From Octopus sinensis (Eukaryota), in NCBI RefSeq assembly GCF_006345805.1, contig NC_043009.1:27466001-27530000 (forward strand): 64,000 nucleotides of DNA, written 5' to 3'. The first letter of the stretch is position 1, and each line of letters begins with the position of its first letter. Made by a program: the position numbers and the translations under genes. The notes below the pieces were generated by a model. The model was given only the letters and a program-made list of their open reading frames with translations. It had not been told where the DNA came from and did not search any database. This document shows positions 40,793 through 55,456 of this stretch, one piece after another.

Positions 40793-41352
40793 TATAAGAG
40801 TAAGTCAAAAAGTAATGCCATTTTGTTGAGGATAGGTATAATTACCAACACAGGTACATGTATCATACATCAAAATGAAGCTTATTATGAGTTCAATGTT
40901 TTTCCTTTTGGCAAGAAATCGACCAGAATGACACCTTGAGCATCCCAAAAGACAGTCGCCATGATTTTTCCAACTGACTTTTGTGTCTTGCACTTTTCCA
41001 GTGGTGATGTCGTAGAGTGGCGCCATTCCATTGACTGCCTCTTTGATTCCCATTCATAATGATGAACCCATGTTTCATCAGTTGTTACAAGCCTTTGAAA
41101 GAAGGTGTTGTCTCTTTGAATTTGTTGTGAAGAAATGGCTCAAAGAACAGTCAACAGAATTTTACAGGGGCAGGGGTACATGCTCTCATTCGAAGGTGGA
41201 ACATTGCTATTGAGAGAAACGGTGACTATGTTGAGAAGTAGGGATGTGATCCACAGAGGACCAGCTTCATTTTGATGTATGATACATGTTCCTGTGTTGG
41301 TAATTATACCTGTCCTAAACAAAATGGCATTACTTTTTGATTCACCCTTGTA
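40793..41352. mobile_element. Rearranged non-autonomous mariner (Tc1/mariner) element with ~90-bp inverted ends
   Basis: Ends TATAAGAGTAAGTCAAAAAGTAATGCC... and ...GGCATTACTTTTTGATTCACCCTTGTA are inverted repeats with TA termini. Minus 40883-41110 translates FFQRLVTTDETWVHHYEWESKRQSMEWRH...GKIMATVFWDAQGVILVDFLPKG (first catalytic Asp region of mariner transposase). Plus 41125-41241 gives KKWLKEQSTEFY/GVHALIRRWNIAIERNGDYVEK* (mariner C-terminus). Confidence 0.92.
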
Positions 41353-41725
41353 CATATACACACACATAACATATATGTACATATGTAGGCACGCATAATT
41401 TCAGATATGAGAGTAGCATTTTTTGATAGAAAATTTACAAGTAATATGATTTTGATTATTATTGGGGTTGCAATGTTCTTCATTCAGAATTAAAATTAAT
41501 TAACATGAAAAGAATTGCCAAATGAAAAGACTGAAAGATTGAAATGAAATTTCTGCCTAGTTTTTCCATTACATTGTCCTATCATGATCCTCAGAAATCA
41601 TGAAATTTCATTGGTTTGTTATTTTGTTTCTATTATATAAAATAAAACATTGGAGGAAAATTGAAATAAATATAAGATATATATATATCCATATTATATA
41701 TGTACATGTATGTGTATGTGCATAC

Positions 41726-41774
<49 letters not shown>

Positions 41775-42138
41775 ATGTGTATATTTATTTATGTATGTAT
41801 GTGCATGTGTGTGCTGTGTGTGTTGTGTGTGTGCATCAGCGTATGATAGAAAATATATGATGAAATGATTCACGATTCTCTAATTATTTCACTTGGCAAA
41901 AGTTATGCATAACTGAATCTCATATGAGAAACAGAAAGAATGGTAATACGGGAAGAATGACATTCCAAGAATTGTGAATCTGTAAATAACCCAATAATAT
42001 TCCCAAGTATAATATATATATATATATATATATGCATACGTTCAAACATGTATACACACACACACACGTGTATATATACATATATGTATAGATGTATGTA
42101 TATATGTATGTACATATATGTGTATATATGTGTTCATG

Positions 42139-42170
<32 letters not shown>

Positions 42171-43047
42171 CATGCATACATATGCACACACAATCACACA
42201 GTTATATATATTACATTGACAGATATATATATATATATTATATATATATATATATATATATGTGTGTATGTGTGTGTGCATATATAAATATATATCTGTG
42301 TGTATGTGTGTAAATAGATATATAAATAAATAAATAAAGATATGTATATACATACATTTCATACATATATATACATATAAATATATATATATATATATAC
42401 ATGCATTCATGTGTATATGTCTATGTGCACTTATGCATATCTGTGTATGTGGGTGGGGGGTATATATTTCCCATTCTAATATATAAAGATAATTCAAATC
42501 AATTTAAAGTTCTGTCAATTTGGAATTATAGCAATAGCGATTCCATTTTTAAAATCATAAAGGCAAATCAAAGGTAATTTGGGGATATTTAAAGCAATAA
42601 AATACCCTAAAACTAAACTTGCTTTTATTGTTGTTGTTGCCACTTAAATTTGGATTATATTAATTTCAAATTTAGTGCTATTGGAACTTTATTGAATTTT
42701 CAAAATACTGAAAGAATTGGTTAAATTACTCCAAGAGAATGACAATCAGATACATAATGTAAATTATCTTTTGAATTTGTCACTGATAATGTATTTCCTG
42801 AAGGCGAAACATTTACATAGGTCATATTTTGTTATTATTTGGAAAAAACTAGAGAGCAATTTCTCCTGATGTATATATATATAAAATCATACATATATAA
42901 TATATATAAGGTACACATATATATCATATCTTTAATATATGTGTATATATAATATATATAATATATAGTATATATTATACATGTATGTATATGTATGTAT
43001 TATAGAGTATAATATATGTGTATATATATATATATACATATAAATAT

Positions 43048-43119
<72 letters not shown>

Positions 43120-43234
43120 TATTTAAAAGAAAATATAGTTATACAAACACATGCACACATATATGTATTATATATATGTGTGTACATGCAATCATATACA
43201 TACATACATACATACACACACAACGCACAACCAT

Positions 43235-43267
<33 letters not shown>

Positions 43268-43828
43268 AAAACACATACCAGTTACATATGCTTTACTTAA
43301 GCATTTCCACTTGTGATGTAATAATTTATATTTGCAATATCTTAAGTGGAATTGGCATCAAACTAGTATTTAGACACCATTACAATTCTTAGAATGCTCG
43401 CTATTCTACCTACAGATCCCAGAATATGCCTATTCCAATTTTGGACATAAACCTCCAGCATTGCCAGATAAGAGATCTTTCATTTATTCAATATTTTTCT
43501 AAAATTCCTTTAGGAATTTCCTAAAACTGACTTAGTAACTTCCAAGTTATACATAGAAAATTGGCAATGCCAGATCTTGGATGTATCTAGAATATTCCTG
43601 ACAACAGATACAAGAGAAATAAACTTTCTCAAACTTTTTATCTGCTTAATACCAGAATAGCACAAAGCGGTACCATATTATTGACATTAGTAACCAAGCA
43701 TAGCCATATCAAGTACGAGATGAAGTTAATAAAAAAATTATGAAAAATACAAGTAATTTGCATGTGTGTACATATATATGCTCATCTATATATCTATAAC
43801 TATATATATATTTATAAATATGTCTCTC

Positions 43829-43867
<39 letters not shown>

Positions 43868-44389
43868 CAACACATATGCACACACACATATATATGTCTA
43901 TATATATATAGAGAGAGAGAGTACTGATGAAACTGTGTCTAATGATATAATGAAATGTGTGCATACAACAACCACTCGAATTGGTTTACCAGTAAAACTC
44001 ACACTCGAGCTGTGACTAAAACAAAAACAGTGTTGTAGCTTTTCAGCAATGAATGGCTGTAAGTGGTTCATCATTGAGCAGATATATAAAGATATATTGG
44101 AAAGAATGAACAGGCAAAATATGAGGTATCATTTTCGATCATGGAATTTATAACTGAAGTAACTGAAGTGTAGGAGCAAAAGATAGTGAATATATAAGGG
44201 TGTATATAGATGTGTATAAAGTCTCTTACATTGCACAACTTCTAACTCCATATTTCACATAATACCTTTTACTCTTACAAATCTATTATAATACATCTAC
44301 AAATTCGTTTGAATTATAAATACCAAGTTCTAAAGCTCATGTTTTGTCTGTTCTTTCTGTCTTCCTAAGATTCTCACTCTCTCTCTCTA

Positions 44390-44430
<41 letters not shown>

Positions 44431-44609
44431 CACACATACACATTCAGTTTCCATGGGTTTCTTGAGTTCTTACAAATTAAGCCATCTTTTCCAAGGCAGA
44501 ATGTCCTTCTTACCATGAAATGGTTTATAAAGTATGCCGGATACATACACATACACATGTCCAATGCTTTTTTTATATACATACATACATACATATATAC
44601 ATATATATA

Positions 44610-44659
<50 letters not shown>

Positions 44660-44999
44660 CATATATGTATTAGTTACATGCATTAAACCTAGATATTATA
44701 CCCTATGAAACTCCCTGGTAATGCATATTGGACACTACATCGGGGTTTTACATTAAGAACCAAATCTTAATGTAATCTTGTCCCTTTAACTATATTTACA
44801 AATAAGAACATAAAAAATCCACAATTAAAGTTGGATAGCGCATTAATAATATATTTAGCAGCTGAAAATAATATGAGTGACTCAAAGGAGTTGAATTTTT
44901 CATATGAAACTCTTTTATTATTCTTAGTTTATGTGTATGTGTGTGTGCAAGTGTATGTCTGTGTGCTTGTGTGTGTAGATGCATGTGTGTGTATGTGTA

Positions 45000-45040
<41 letters not shown>

Positions 45041-45854
45041 ATGTGTGTGTGTATGCGCACTGTTATGCACGCATGTACAATCGTATATATGTTTGACTGT
45101 ATTTGGATGGTTAAGGATTTCAAAATGTGTTTGGAGCTTAAAATGCTACAGGTTCTAGAAGCCTATTGGAAATGTTACTCAGAAACTTACAGTGCTTGCA
45201 AATACAAGTTCTATCATTCTGCAGTGGTTATTGTCTCTCAGGGAAATCTTATTGCATATGTAATAACTCTGGGATCATCAAAAGAAATGTATGCACTATT
45301 AACACATAAGTAGATTGCAGACTGCCTTATAAAACTGAACTCAGAGCAGTTATGCATGGTCATCAGCAACAGATTTGCAATCTCATCTCTAACCATTTTA
45401 TTAATTAACATTGCTACATTACTAAAATTTTATTTTTATGGCTTTTTACTCTGCTATTTTCACTGTTTAATTTTTTATCTATATACTTTTTTTTTTTGTT
45501 TCTGAAATGCATAATCTCTAATTACGCCTTATTAAGGAGACACATTTATACATAATCTCTGCTAAGAAAAAAATCCTTCATTTCTTATCAGAAAAAGGCC
45601 TTTATCTAAGTTTATTTTATGTTAGTATTTGTATAAATGTCTTTGTATTTGTGTAATTATAAAATGAGTTAATCAAGGTCAACCAAAAGAAAAGAACTAG
45701 TAATTATGAAACCTTATTAAAGTTAGTAAAAACGATGATTTAGCGATGATAGAATAAGATGCAACTCTTTAGCTAGTTTTTATATCATTTTCATATTAAA
45801 ATTTCATTAGTTTTAGAAGAACTAGAAGTTCTGTGAAAAGAGATGGTATTCGTT

Positions 45855-46190
45855 TTTGATTGGATGAAATATTGGCTCTCCACTGGTTATGACAATGAGT
45901 GTTGCGGGTGATCCGATCAATGGAACAGCCTGTTTGTGAAATTGACGTGCAAATGGCTGAGTACTCCACAGACACATGTACCTTTAACATAGTTCTGAGG
46001 GAGATTCAGTATGACACAAAATGTGACATGGTTGTCCCTTTGAATTACTGGTACAATCCATTTTTGCCAGCTGAGTGGACTGGAGCAATGTGAAATAAAG
46101 TGCCCTTGCTCAAGTACACAATCTGCTACCAGAAATGAAACACATGAGCTTACAATTGTGAGCTGAACACCCTAACCACTGAACCATGTG
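45855..46190 (-). mobile_element. SINE family C, older copy
   Basis: Colinear with 56806-57133 but CpG-depleted. Confidence 0.85.
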
Positions 46191-46771
46191 CCTTCATTTG
46201 AGTGGATAACAAAAGATAACAGCATGAAATAACCATTGGTAATTTGCTTAATGATATCAGTGGAGAATATTCTGGAAATATTAAGATTTTATGTTTTGTT
46301 ATTTAATTTATTTTCTTAGAAATTTCTTCATTGATTAGTTGAAATTTGAACAAAAGCTGTTAAATATCAAAAAGAAAACCATCAAAGATTGGATAGGCAT
46401 TTGAGAAGACACCAACAAGTTGTTTAAAATAAATAAACTTAAATATAAGATCTGAGCGAATAATAAGTGCTTAAAATAAATCAACCGTGAATAATGAGTG
46501 ATAAGGTGAAGTACATGAATATCAGAATATATATCATCATTTCATATAACAAGAATAATAGAATATATAACCCAAACAATGTAAGTAAGTTGTGAGAAAA
46601 AAACTGCTAATTTATGTTTGGTATAGTAGTAAGTGTTGGGAGAAAAAGTTTAGATTAGATTTAATTATAGAATATAAATCTTGATATCATTGTCAATATA
46701 TGAAAGAATTTACTGAAGTTTTCACATCAGCTTCTTTAAATAAAATGTTAAGTATAAAAATTTTAAATTCA

Positions 46772-47001
46772 TTAACCCTTTTGTTACCATATTTCTGTTG
46801 AGATGCTCTGTGTTTCTTTCAATTGATTTTAAATATAACAAAGTATTTAGTAAAATAACTTAGTTACCACTCAGCTAGTGTTAGAAACACAAATTGTGGT
46901 TAAGGTTTGGTGGAAGATTTTAATTCGGAACTTTTGCAAACAAGACATTTGTACTACTGAGCCAGAGACAGTTTCAGGTGGGTTGGTATCAAAAGAGTTA
47001 A
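46772..47001. mobile_element. TTAA-flanked (piggyBac-like) MITE
   Basis: TTAACCCTTTTGTTACCA at the left and TGGTATCAAAAGAGTTAA at the right are 16/18 inverted matches including TTAA. Confidence 0.72.
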
Positions 47002-47994
47002 TGCAACTGTAAATTTTACTTCAGCATCAATGAAGGAAGTATATGATAGGATGGCAGGGTATAATTAAGATAAAATAGCTACAGAAACTCACTGATATTC
47101 ATTAGATGAGCTAAAAGATGGAACCGAACCCTAATAAACAGCTTCAATTTTTGAAAATGAACTAATTGAAAAGTATTAGTCTTTCAATAGAGTGAATAAT
47201 TTTCTACATCTGAATATTAACATTAATAGATTAGTAGCCATTCTGCTACAAAAACTGTAGTAATGTGAATATAAACGTAATAAGATTTAAATAGGTTTTG
47301 TTAACATATAGTAAAACTAATGAATTTTTAAGCTAAGTTATGGTAATAAGTACAAAAAACTAATGTCCATTTTTACAGGCAAAAAAGCCCTTTCACTCAG
47401 AACAGTCATTGACATTTTACACATTCTACTATCTACATATGCTTCAACTATAATTTTCATGCATGTGATACCAGAAAACACCATCTATTCAAAACAGTAC
47501 ATAAATTTGCCATTTATAAATGGCACCCAATATCGATTTTTATTAAATATGAAATCCATAGAAAAACTGCATTTTTTTGTCGTTTTCATTTAATATAAAG
47601 TAATTTGCCTCTATTGACTTGGATGCTTGATAATGTCCCACATTATAGAAATCTCTTTTCCCTGATGTCATCTTTCAAACATTTTAACAAACATCTTCTG
47701 TCCAGCCATTTTGTTACAATATCTCTATTGAGATACACTGCCTTTATTTTAATCAATTTTGAAAATGATAAAGAACATAGTAAAATATATTTGTCATTAT
47801 TACGCTGCTGTTTCAAATTTAAATCAACATGAAATTTTGTAGAAGTCGTTAATTTAGATCACTGCAAAAGAAGGAATTTATATCATAGAACTAGGAATAG
47901 TTTCTGGTGAGTTGGTATCAAAATGGTTAAACCTTTTTAGAACCATTCATGTATTTAAGCTAGGCATTAACATAATGTAGATGAAATGAAATGT

Positions 47995-48245
47995 TAGTTA
48001 GTTTACATTACTCCATAAGGAGCATAGGGCCAGCTTCTTGGTTTCTCTGGCATATATCTACCTCTCTGAATGGGATGCCAGTTCATTGCAGAATTACTCA
48101 CTTTTACCAGCTGAATGGATTGGAGCAACCTGAAATGAAGTGTCTTGCTCAAGAACACAATGTATTGCTCAGTTCAGGAATTGAAATCACAATCTTACAA
48201 TCATGAGTGCAACACCATGAGTGCAACACACGAAGCCATGTAACT
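47995..48245 (-). mobile_element. SINE with family C-type core, degenerate
   Basis: ccagctgaatggattggagcaacctgaaatgaagtgtcttgctcaagaacacaat core. Confidence 0.7.
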
Positions 48246-49072
48246 TCACTGAAATGAAATGTTTGCCAGAATTAATTTTGTAAATAACATCCCAAACCTC
48301 TGATCCATGAGTGTCCTGTAATACATTTATTTTTAGATTAGTAACAAAAATGACAATATGAATCATATGAGACATGGCTTAGAGTATTTAATTTAGTTTT
48401 ACTTAATCTTAAGCTGGATTAAACTATCATCACATTACAATGACTAAAATAAATCCTAAAACTGCATAAACATGCACCAATGCCGTAGCAGAGTTAAGCC
48501 TATTGACTATATTTCTTCCTTAACTATATTTCATGTCTAAGAAAAGATACCACATAATATCATTCTATTTTGCTGCAATAAACAGATAATACAGCATATG
48601 ATTGCTCGATCTATTTTTGCTTCGAATTATAAATATTATCAATAAATATTATGTGCATCTGGCACATTTCGATATTTGAGTAATTCTGTGCAGACAGCAT
48701 CTGCATTTTAAAGTAATAAAAGACTACATTGAATTATCTTAATAAGATTCACTTATTAAGCTATATCTTAACTTTCTAAAAGCTTTTTGTGTAATCCTGT
48801 TAAATACTTTTAAAATCTATCTCGATCAGTAGATCTTTCCAGACGTATTGATTCTACGATATTTACCAATTAAATAAACCATAACTGTTCAGTTTAATGG
48901 TTATAGGCTGTTATTAAGGATCAGTGTCACTTGAATAGGGAATAATGTTGACCAGTGTATACACACACACACACACACATGAAATGTGCATGTATGTACA
49001 TATATATATGTGTGTGTGTGTGTATGTGTGTGTGTATATATATATAATATATATATATATAATATATATATA

Positions 49073-49121
<49 letters not shown>

Positions 49122-52046
49122 ACACACACCATTATATGAGCATTGGATCTACTTTTCAGAACCATCCCTCTTAATAATCCATTTTACTAAAGTCTTCCAA
49201 TACATACCAAGTGATTCAAAATGTCAAGTCATTTAGTATGGTCTAATAAAAATGGAGATGTGAATTTGTTAATCAATCTCACACTAATCAGAATGACTTA
49301 AATCGATCTTTCACTAATTGGAGTGACTTAAACACCGTGTAATTAATTTATTAATTATAATCATATATTTCATTCAAAAAAAATTCCTCTAAAATCAGAT
49401 GTGAGAGTATTTAAAGCTAATTTATTTCATAAACTTATTCTAAAGTGACAAATTCACAAAATTAGCCCGTTCAAGAAAGTATTATGTTATTGTACAAAAC
49501 TAATTAATAAAATTGTCCTAAATTTGATTAAATTACTCAGTTGAATTATCAAGTTCAAAACAAAACAATCATTGGCTGTCAATTTATAAGCTCTTCTTTT
49601 ACATATCCAACAATAATATGATATCCAGAATGACATCAAACTCCAAGAAATTCTCTATCCATTTTGCTGTATTTCCTTTCCTTTTGCCAATTCCATAGCA
49701 CACTGTCTTAATGCCAAGCCCTAGAAATTAACAGTTTTCAAAATAGTGAATTCCTCAACATCTGTCTGGCTCATGTATTCCAGCAAATTAGTAACCTTAA
49801 ATATTTCATAGAAATTACACTCTGCCTTTAAACATGTATCTACTTTATGAAAGCCAACACATGACACTAGATGTGTATATGTTTTCCACATTCACTGTAT
49901 GGGAATATAAAAGAAACAGCAGAAAACAAGCATACACCTATAAATAACTTTGTCTTTCCAATAATGTGATTATTAATCATTACCCCATTCATCATGTTTT
50001 ATTGACATTTCTATTAATAATTGCAATTTAAAATATTTTTATTTTCAAATCTTTTATTCATATTTTTATTCTTTATATATCATCAAAATATTTCTCTCTC
50101 TTTCACAAATAAAATCTATTTTAAATCTTACCAAAATAACATGCACTAAACATGGATTTGTTTACTTTAGAATTCCATGTTCTACTCCATCTTAGGTTTC
50201 TTAGTTTATTTCAAAGGTGGTAAAATACCAGAATTGAAAGAACATTGAACAAAAATGCCTTGCAATATTTTTTTCAAGTTCAAAATCTGCTGTAATCAAG
50301 TTTGCCTTTTATCCTTCCAGGATCATGATAACTGTTCTGCCACTTTAAATGAGTGCCCAGATAGGCATGAAACTTGTCAATATCTAACCAACAATAAAAC
50401 ATTTTTGTAAAATAAGATGACAATACGAGACCTCCTTTGAATTCTATGATGAGAAAGTTCCATGTCAAGCTCATAGCACTTGTAAGAAAATGGCCAGGGA
50501 TTATCCAATGACTTTATGATGCAGTAAGGAAAATGATTATTTCATGAAAAATACAGAAATTACTGGTAGATGACTTCCTTTTTCAATACCATTGTGGATA
50601 GTTATAGCTCTAATGTTGATTGTTCATTATTTTCACCATACACGTATGAACACATGAACACTTACACATACACGTTTGTGCACACACAGACACAAACACT
50701 CTCACACACACATTTACACACTCTCTCTCTCTCACACACACATACACTCAGAGTAACTCCTATAAACATATGTATGGGCCACTGTAAAATAAAATTAAAT
50801 GTTTCAGTCTAGATTCAATTATCATAAAGAAGAAAATAACAAAAAATAGTACAAAAGAAATATTTAAATATAGATATGTAACAGTGCATATTATTTGTAT
50901 CATATGTTATTAATAATCAGCAATATTCATTAACAATTACAACAGCAAAAAAAAAACAATAACATTAAATGTAAAAAAAACAAAAAGAAAAACAAACAAA
51001 CAAAAATCACTATTTGGTGTCATAAAGCTGATTAGCTTTCATTATGGTTTTAGAAAGATTATTAGCGTTAATGGAGTAAGTGAACTGAAGATTTAAAAAG
51101 AATTAAGACAATTGTGAAAGAAACCTTGGAATAAAGTTTTAAAAAGTGGGACAGAGAGACACTCTCACTGATGATAGCTGTTAGATGCAGGAATACATCA
51201 ATTAGTGAAAATGACAAATGTTCATTATCAAAGGAGTACTTGTATTAATATGGTGAATCGTTGACACAAAAATGAAATATTTTCACGTTAGTGTGTTTAC
51301 AATCTGTAGATATGGAATGAGTACTCCGTTAGTGAAGTAAGTGAAACAGTAGGTAGAAAACAGGAAAATACTATCATAGTGTCAAGTGGATCTGTGTTTC
51401 TACATCAAGAGCTGTATTTTGATCAAAACTGATAAATTAATAAATATAATGTTGACTGCATGTGATGAAAAAATATATATTAAACCCTCAGTTTAATTAA
51501 ATCTAATTAAGCTGATCCTTGTAAAAAAGTTTTTTGCTTCAAAGCAGGATTTGACCTAAAAGGAAATTTACAGGTCAATATATACACATATATATATATA
51601 TATATAAAATATAATATGTATGAGATTCTAACTTTAAGCTAAGATTCATTAGCTATTTTTCCTTGATATTATAAACTATTTGCTGAAAAGTGAAACTGAA
51701 AGTAATGGTCTCGTTAAACATCAAAATTTAATTATTATTATTATTTTTATCATTTTTTGTTAAAAATGTTAATCATTTCATTTTCTCCTTGATGACTAAA
51801 AGAAAAGATAGAAAGAAGACATTGGTAGTAGATGAAATTTCTTTGGTAAATTTGTATGACATAGTTTACAAAAAAAAAAAAAAACTAAGAAGATACAATG
51901 CAACACAATGCATTCCACTAAAGTTATTAACTGAGAAGTTAAATGATAATCACGCTAGTATATCAAGAAGATTAGATTAAGGGTTTAACATGGCTCAATG
52001 AGGTATAGAGAGTGAAACTACATATGTTTTCATGCAATTTTCTTAC

Positions 52047-52061
52047 CCAATTCTCAGGGGG
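52047..52061 (-). CDS. Candidate 15-nt microexon (CCC CCT GAG AAT TGG = PPENW if phase 0)
   Basis: Minus strand reads tctctttttttctcccttcttcttacatcag|ccccctgagaattgg|gtaaga: long polypyrimidine tract, canonical AG, strong donor, frame-preserving length, same strand as the 39744-40235 exon. Confidence 0.5.
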
Positions 52062-52167
52062 CTGATGTAAGAAGAAGGGAGAAAAAAAGAGAAATTATGA
52101 AAAATGGAATGATAATAATAGTTATATCCTGTTATAAATATAAGACCTGATGCAAATTATTATTAAT

Positions 52168-52220
<53 letters not shown>

Positions 52221-53225
52221 CATCGTCAATAATTTTAAAATATTTCCATTTAAATGTGTTATTTTTTTATATTTTAAAATAATAGTCTTAGTGTTTAAAA
52301 GACATGTTATTCACTCAATTGTGAATTAACTCGAAATATAAGAAATTCTAAATCATACACAGACCAAGAATAAATTTATTTAAATTGGTTTTAAAAGATT
52401 AATGTGAAACACCTAATTTTTTTTTATTTCCTATTTGCTTTTACTTTTTATTTTTTCTTGGCAAGCTATCAAATAACTTTTCGGTGTTTCTTTTGACAGA
52501 TTTCACAGCTAAAACATAGTTTATCAATAAATTTTAGCTTTTAACATTCAGCTAAATGTTGTTGTTGTTGTTGTTTTTGTTGTTTAGCCCTGAGTTAGCT
52601 CTTACTGAACAATCATTGGTTTTTTTTTTTTTTAGCTTTGACCTTGCAACCCTTACTTTTAGTCATAATACATTTAAGATGAGATTTTGTTCTTGTCTAT
52701 TGTATCCTTGCTCTTTAAGACCATAGACTGTCATTTTAGACAGATTTAGTTGCTAGTTCTAGCACGTTGAGTAATCAGTTGCTGCTCCTTTGTTAGATTG
52801 AAATCAACTTTGGCTCTTACTTTGAGCAAAAAGCTTGCTTTTGAGGTAAAATTAGAGATTAATAGTTAACAAAAAAAAAATTAATTAAATTAGATAAAAA
52901 TTAAAAATAAAAACGAAAGAAAACAAGACATTTTAATGAGTTTTGTTATATGAAATATTGTCAAAATATAAATGACTAAATTTTTTAAAAATTCATTATT
53001 TGTTTTTATGTTTGTTTTATATATTATTTAACCTATTTCTTTCAATACAGAAATTAAAACATTATTGAAGATAATAATGAAGAAAATAATTTTTTACATA
53101 AGTAGAAAGCCAGAAATTTAGAGGAAGGTGGGGGTAGAGTCAATAGTATTGACCTTTGTCCTCAACTGGGACTTGTTCTATTGACCGTGGGGCAATAAAA
53201 GGCTAAGTCAATCTAAACTCAATGC

Positions 53226-53704
53226 CACCCTTTAACATTTAAATGAACCACAGCCAGCCCATATATTCTACCAGTTTTATGGTCAAACTGGCCAGATCCA
53301 GCCTCTTACACCTACCCTGCAATGTCATTCTAAAAATAAACTATCATACCAGTGAAATCTTCAAGCTATGAGCTAATGTATGATTAATTGTGGCCAATGC
53401 CAGTGCTGCCGAACTAAAAAGCACCATCTGAATGTGGCCAATGCCAGTACCGGTGGCACATAAAATGCACCCACTACACTCTTAGAGTGGTTGACATTAG
53501 GAAGGGGATCCAGCTGTAGAAATATTGCCCGGTCAGATTGGAGCCTGGTGAAGCCTCCTGGCTTGCCAGTTCCCAGTCAAACCATCCAACCCATGCCAGC
53601 TTGGAAAACGGACGTTAAAGGATGACGGCGATGATGATGATGATAATGAATGTGAATAAATAAACATTACATTTGACAAAGTAATCTGAATGCTAAAGGG
53701 TTCA
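53226..53704. mobile_element. Copy of the 26696 MITE family with a nested RTE-type 3' tail (about 53388-53650)
   Basis: Shares aaactggccagatcc...cctaccct.caatgtcat.ctaaaaa and ...aatgtgaataaataa.cattacatttgaca...aaagggtt with 26696-26923; interrupted by the ggcatccagctgtagaaa-type repeat. Confidence 0.58.
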
Positions 53705-53844
53705 AATACCTAAAAAATTACCAAAAGGTATTTTGTCTAATGCTGCAATGATTCTGGCAGTCTTTCCTCCTAAAGATGGTGAGGATAATGATTATAACAA
53801 AAATGACTGTGCTCTTAAGAATGAATAGAATGAGGATCATGAGA

Positions 53845-54180
53845 GTGACTATGTGAATACTGAACCATTATCTAGACCCCCTTCGGTCATGAATGACCAT
53901 GGGAAGTATCTGGAAAGTTCCCCTCTGAGGTGAAATTCCAGGCAAGGTTGTTTATGGAAGACTAGCAGTCCCCCATGCATACCAGCCTCCCCTCTCCATA
54001 TCATTGATGTTATCCAAGGGGAAAGCAAAGGAGCCGATACAGCTTGGCACCAATGACGTTGCAACTCATTTCTACAGCTGAATGAAGTGGAGCATTGTGA
54101 AATAAAGTGTCTTGCTCAAGAACACAACACTCTCACCACCTCATGATTGTGAGCCTGATGCTTTAACTACTGAGCCATTT
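53845..54180 (-). mobile_element. SINE, same subfamily as 4215-4540
   Basis: Colinear homology with 4215-4540. Confidence 0.78.
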
Positions 54181-54232
54181 GCCATTATAAATTATTTAAA
54201 AATCTGTAATTAAAATTAATAATTATTTCCAA

Positions 54233-55052
54233 TTAAAGCACAAGGCCAGCAGTTGGGTGGTGGGAGCAGGTTAGTTGATAATATTGGTTTCAAGTTTTGG
54301 CACAAGGCCAGCAAGTTCAGGGGTGGAAGTAAGTCAATTGCATGAACCTCAGTGCATAACTGGTACTTATTTTACTGACCCCAAAAGGAGGAAAGACAAA
54401 GTCAACCTCAGTGGAATCTGACCCCAGAATATAAAGATGGACAAAATGCTTCTAAACATTTTGCTTGGCAGGCTAATGATTATGCCAGCTTGCCCCACTT
54501 CAGATTAGTTGATAATAGGGATTCTTGTACTTGATTGGTACTTTATTCTATCGACTCTGATGGAATGAAAGCAATGTTAGCTTCAGTGGTATTTGAACTC
54601 AAAATACAAAGAGCTGGAACAAATAGCACAAGGTATTTTCCCTGATGCTCTAATGATTCTGCTGTTTCCCCTTTAGGAACAAGGTTAACAATTTTGATGG
54701 AAGGAGTTAGTTGGTTACATTGATCCTAGTACTTGATAGTATTTTATTTCATGCACCTGAAGAGAATGAAAGGTAAAGCTGACCTAGGAAGGATTTGAAC
54801 TCAGAATATAGAGTTTGAACAAATGTTGTGAGATATATTTTCCTATCTTCTAATAAATCTGCCAATCCCATTTTCCAAACTAAAATTAAAAGTAGTTTCT
54901 GATTTTAGCATATAGCCAACAATCTTGGAAAGAGAAGACTAATCAATATTATCGACCCCAGTACATGACTGGTACTTTGTTTTGTTGAGACCAGATGGAT
55001 GAAAGGTAAAACTAACATCAGCAGGATTTGAATTCAGGATGTAAAGAACCAG
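54233..55052 (-). mobile_element. Head-to-tail array of about five CORE-like SINE (family D) copies
   Basis: Recurrent ggtact..att.tat.gacc....gga.gaaagg.aaag...ggatttgaactcag blocks about every 190-210 bp. Confidence 0.8.
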
Positions 55053-55062
55053 TATGTAAATA

Positions 55063-55456
55063 GGCACAGGAGTGGCTGTGTGGTAAGTAGCTTGCTTACC
55101 AACCACATAGTTCCAGGTTCAGTCCCACTGAATGGCACCTTGGGCAAGTATCTTCTACTATAGCCTTGGGCTGACCAAAGCCTTGGGAGTGGATTTGGTA
55201 GATGGAAACTGAAAGAAGCCCGTCATATATATATGTATGTGTGTGTATATATGTTTGTGTATCTGTGTTTATCTCTCAAACAATGCATGACAACTGGTGG
55301 TGGTGTGTTTATGTTCCCGTAACTTAGTGGTTCAGCAAAAGAGACCGATAGAATAAATACTAGGCTTACAAAGAATAAGTCCTGGGGTCGATTTGCTCGA
55401 TTAAAGGTGGTGCTCCAGCATGGTCACAATCAACTGACTGAAACAAGTAAAAGAGT
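55063..55456 (+). mobile_element. SINE family A, well preserved, nested inside a CORE-like SINE copy
   Basis: ggcacaggagtggctgtgtggtaagtagc...aaacaagtaaaagagt. The interrupted repeat resumes on the right (aaccagaaaaaaaatcacaaagcatttt). Confidence 0.88.

Noticed and set aside
44003-44015. Minus-strand 13-nt microexon pattern (ttttag|tcacagctcgagt|gtgagt)
   Set aside because: None of the acceptor/donor combinations is a multiple of 3, so it would break the phase 0-0 context.
50321-50410. Plus-strand acceptor followed by DHDNCSATLNECPDRHETCQYLTNNKTFL*
   Set aside because: Good acceptor but isolated, on the opposite strand, and with no recognisable family.
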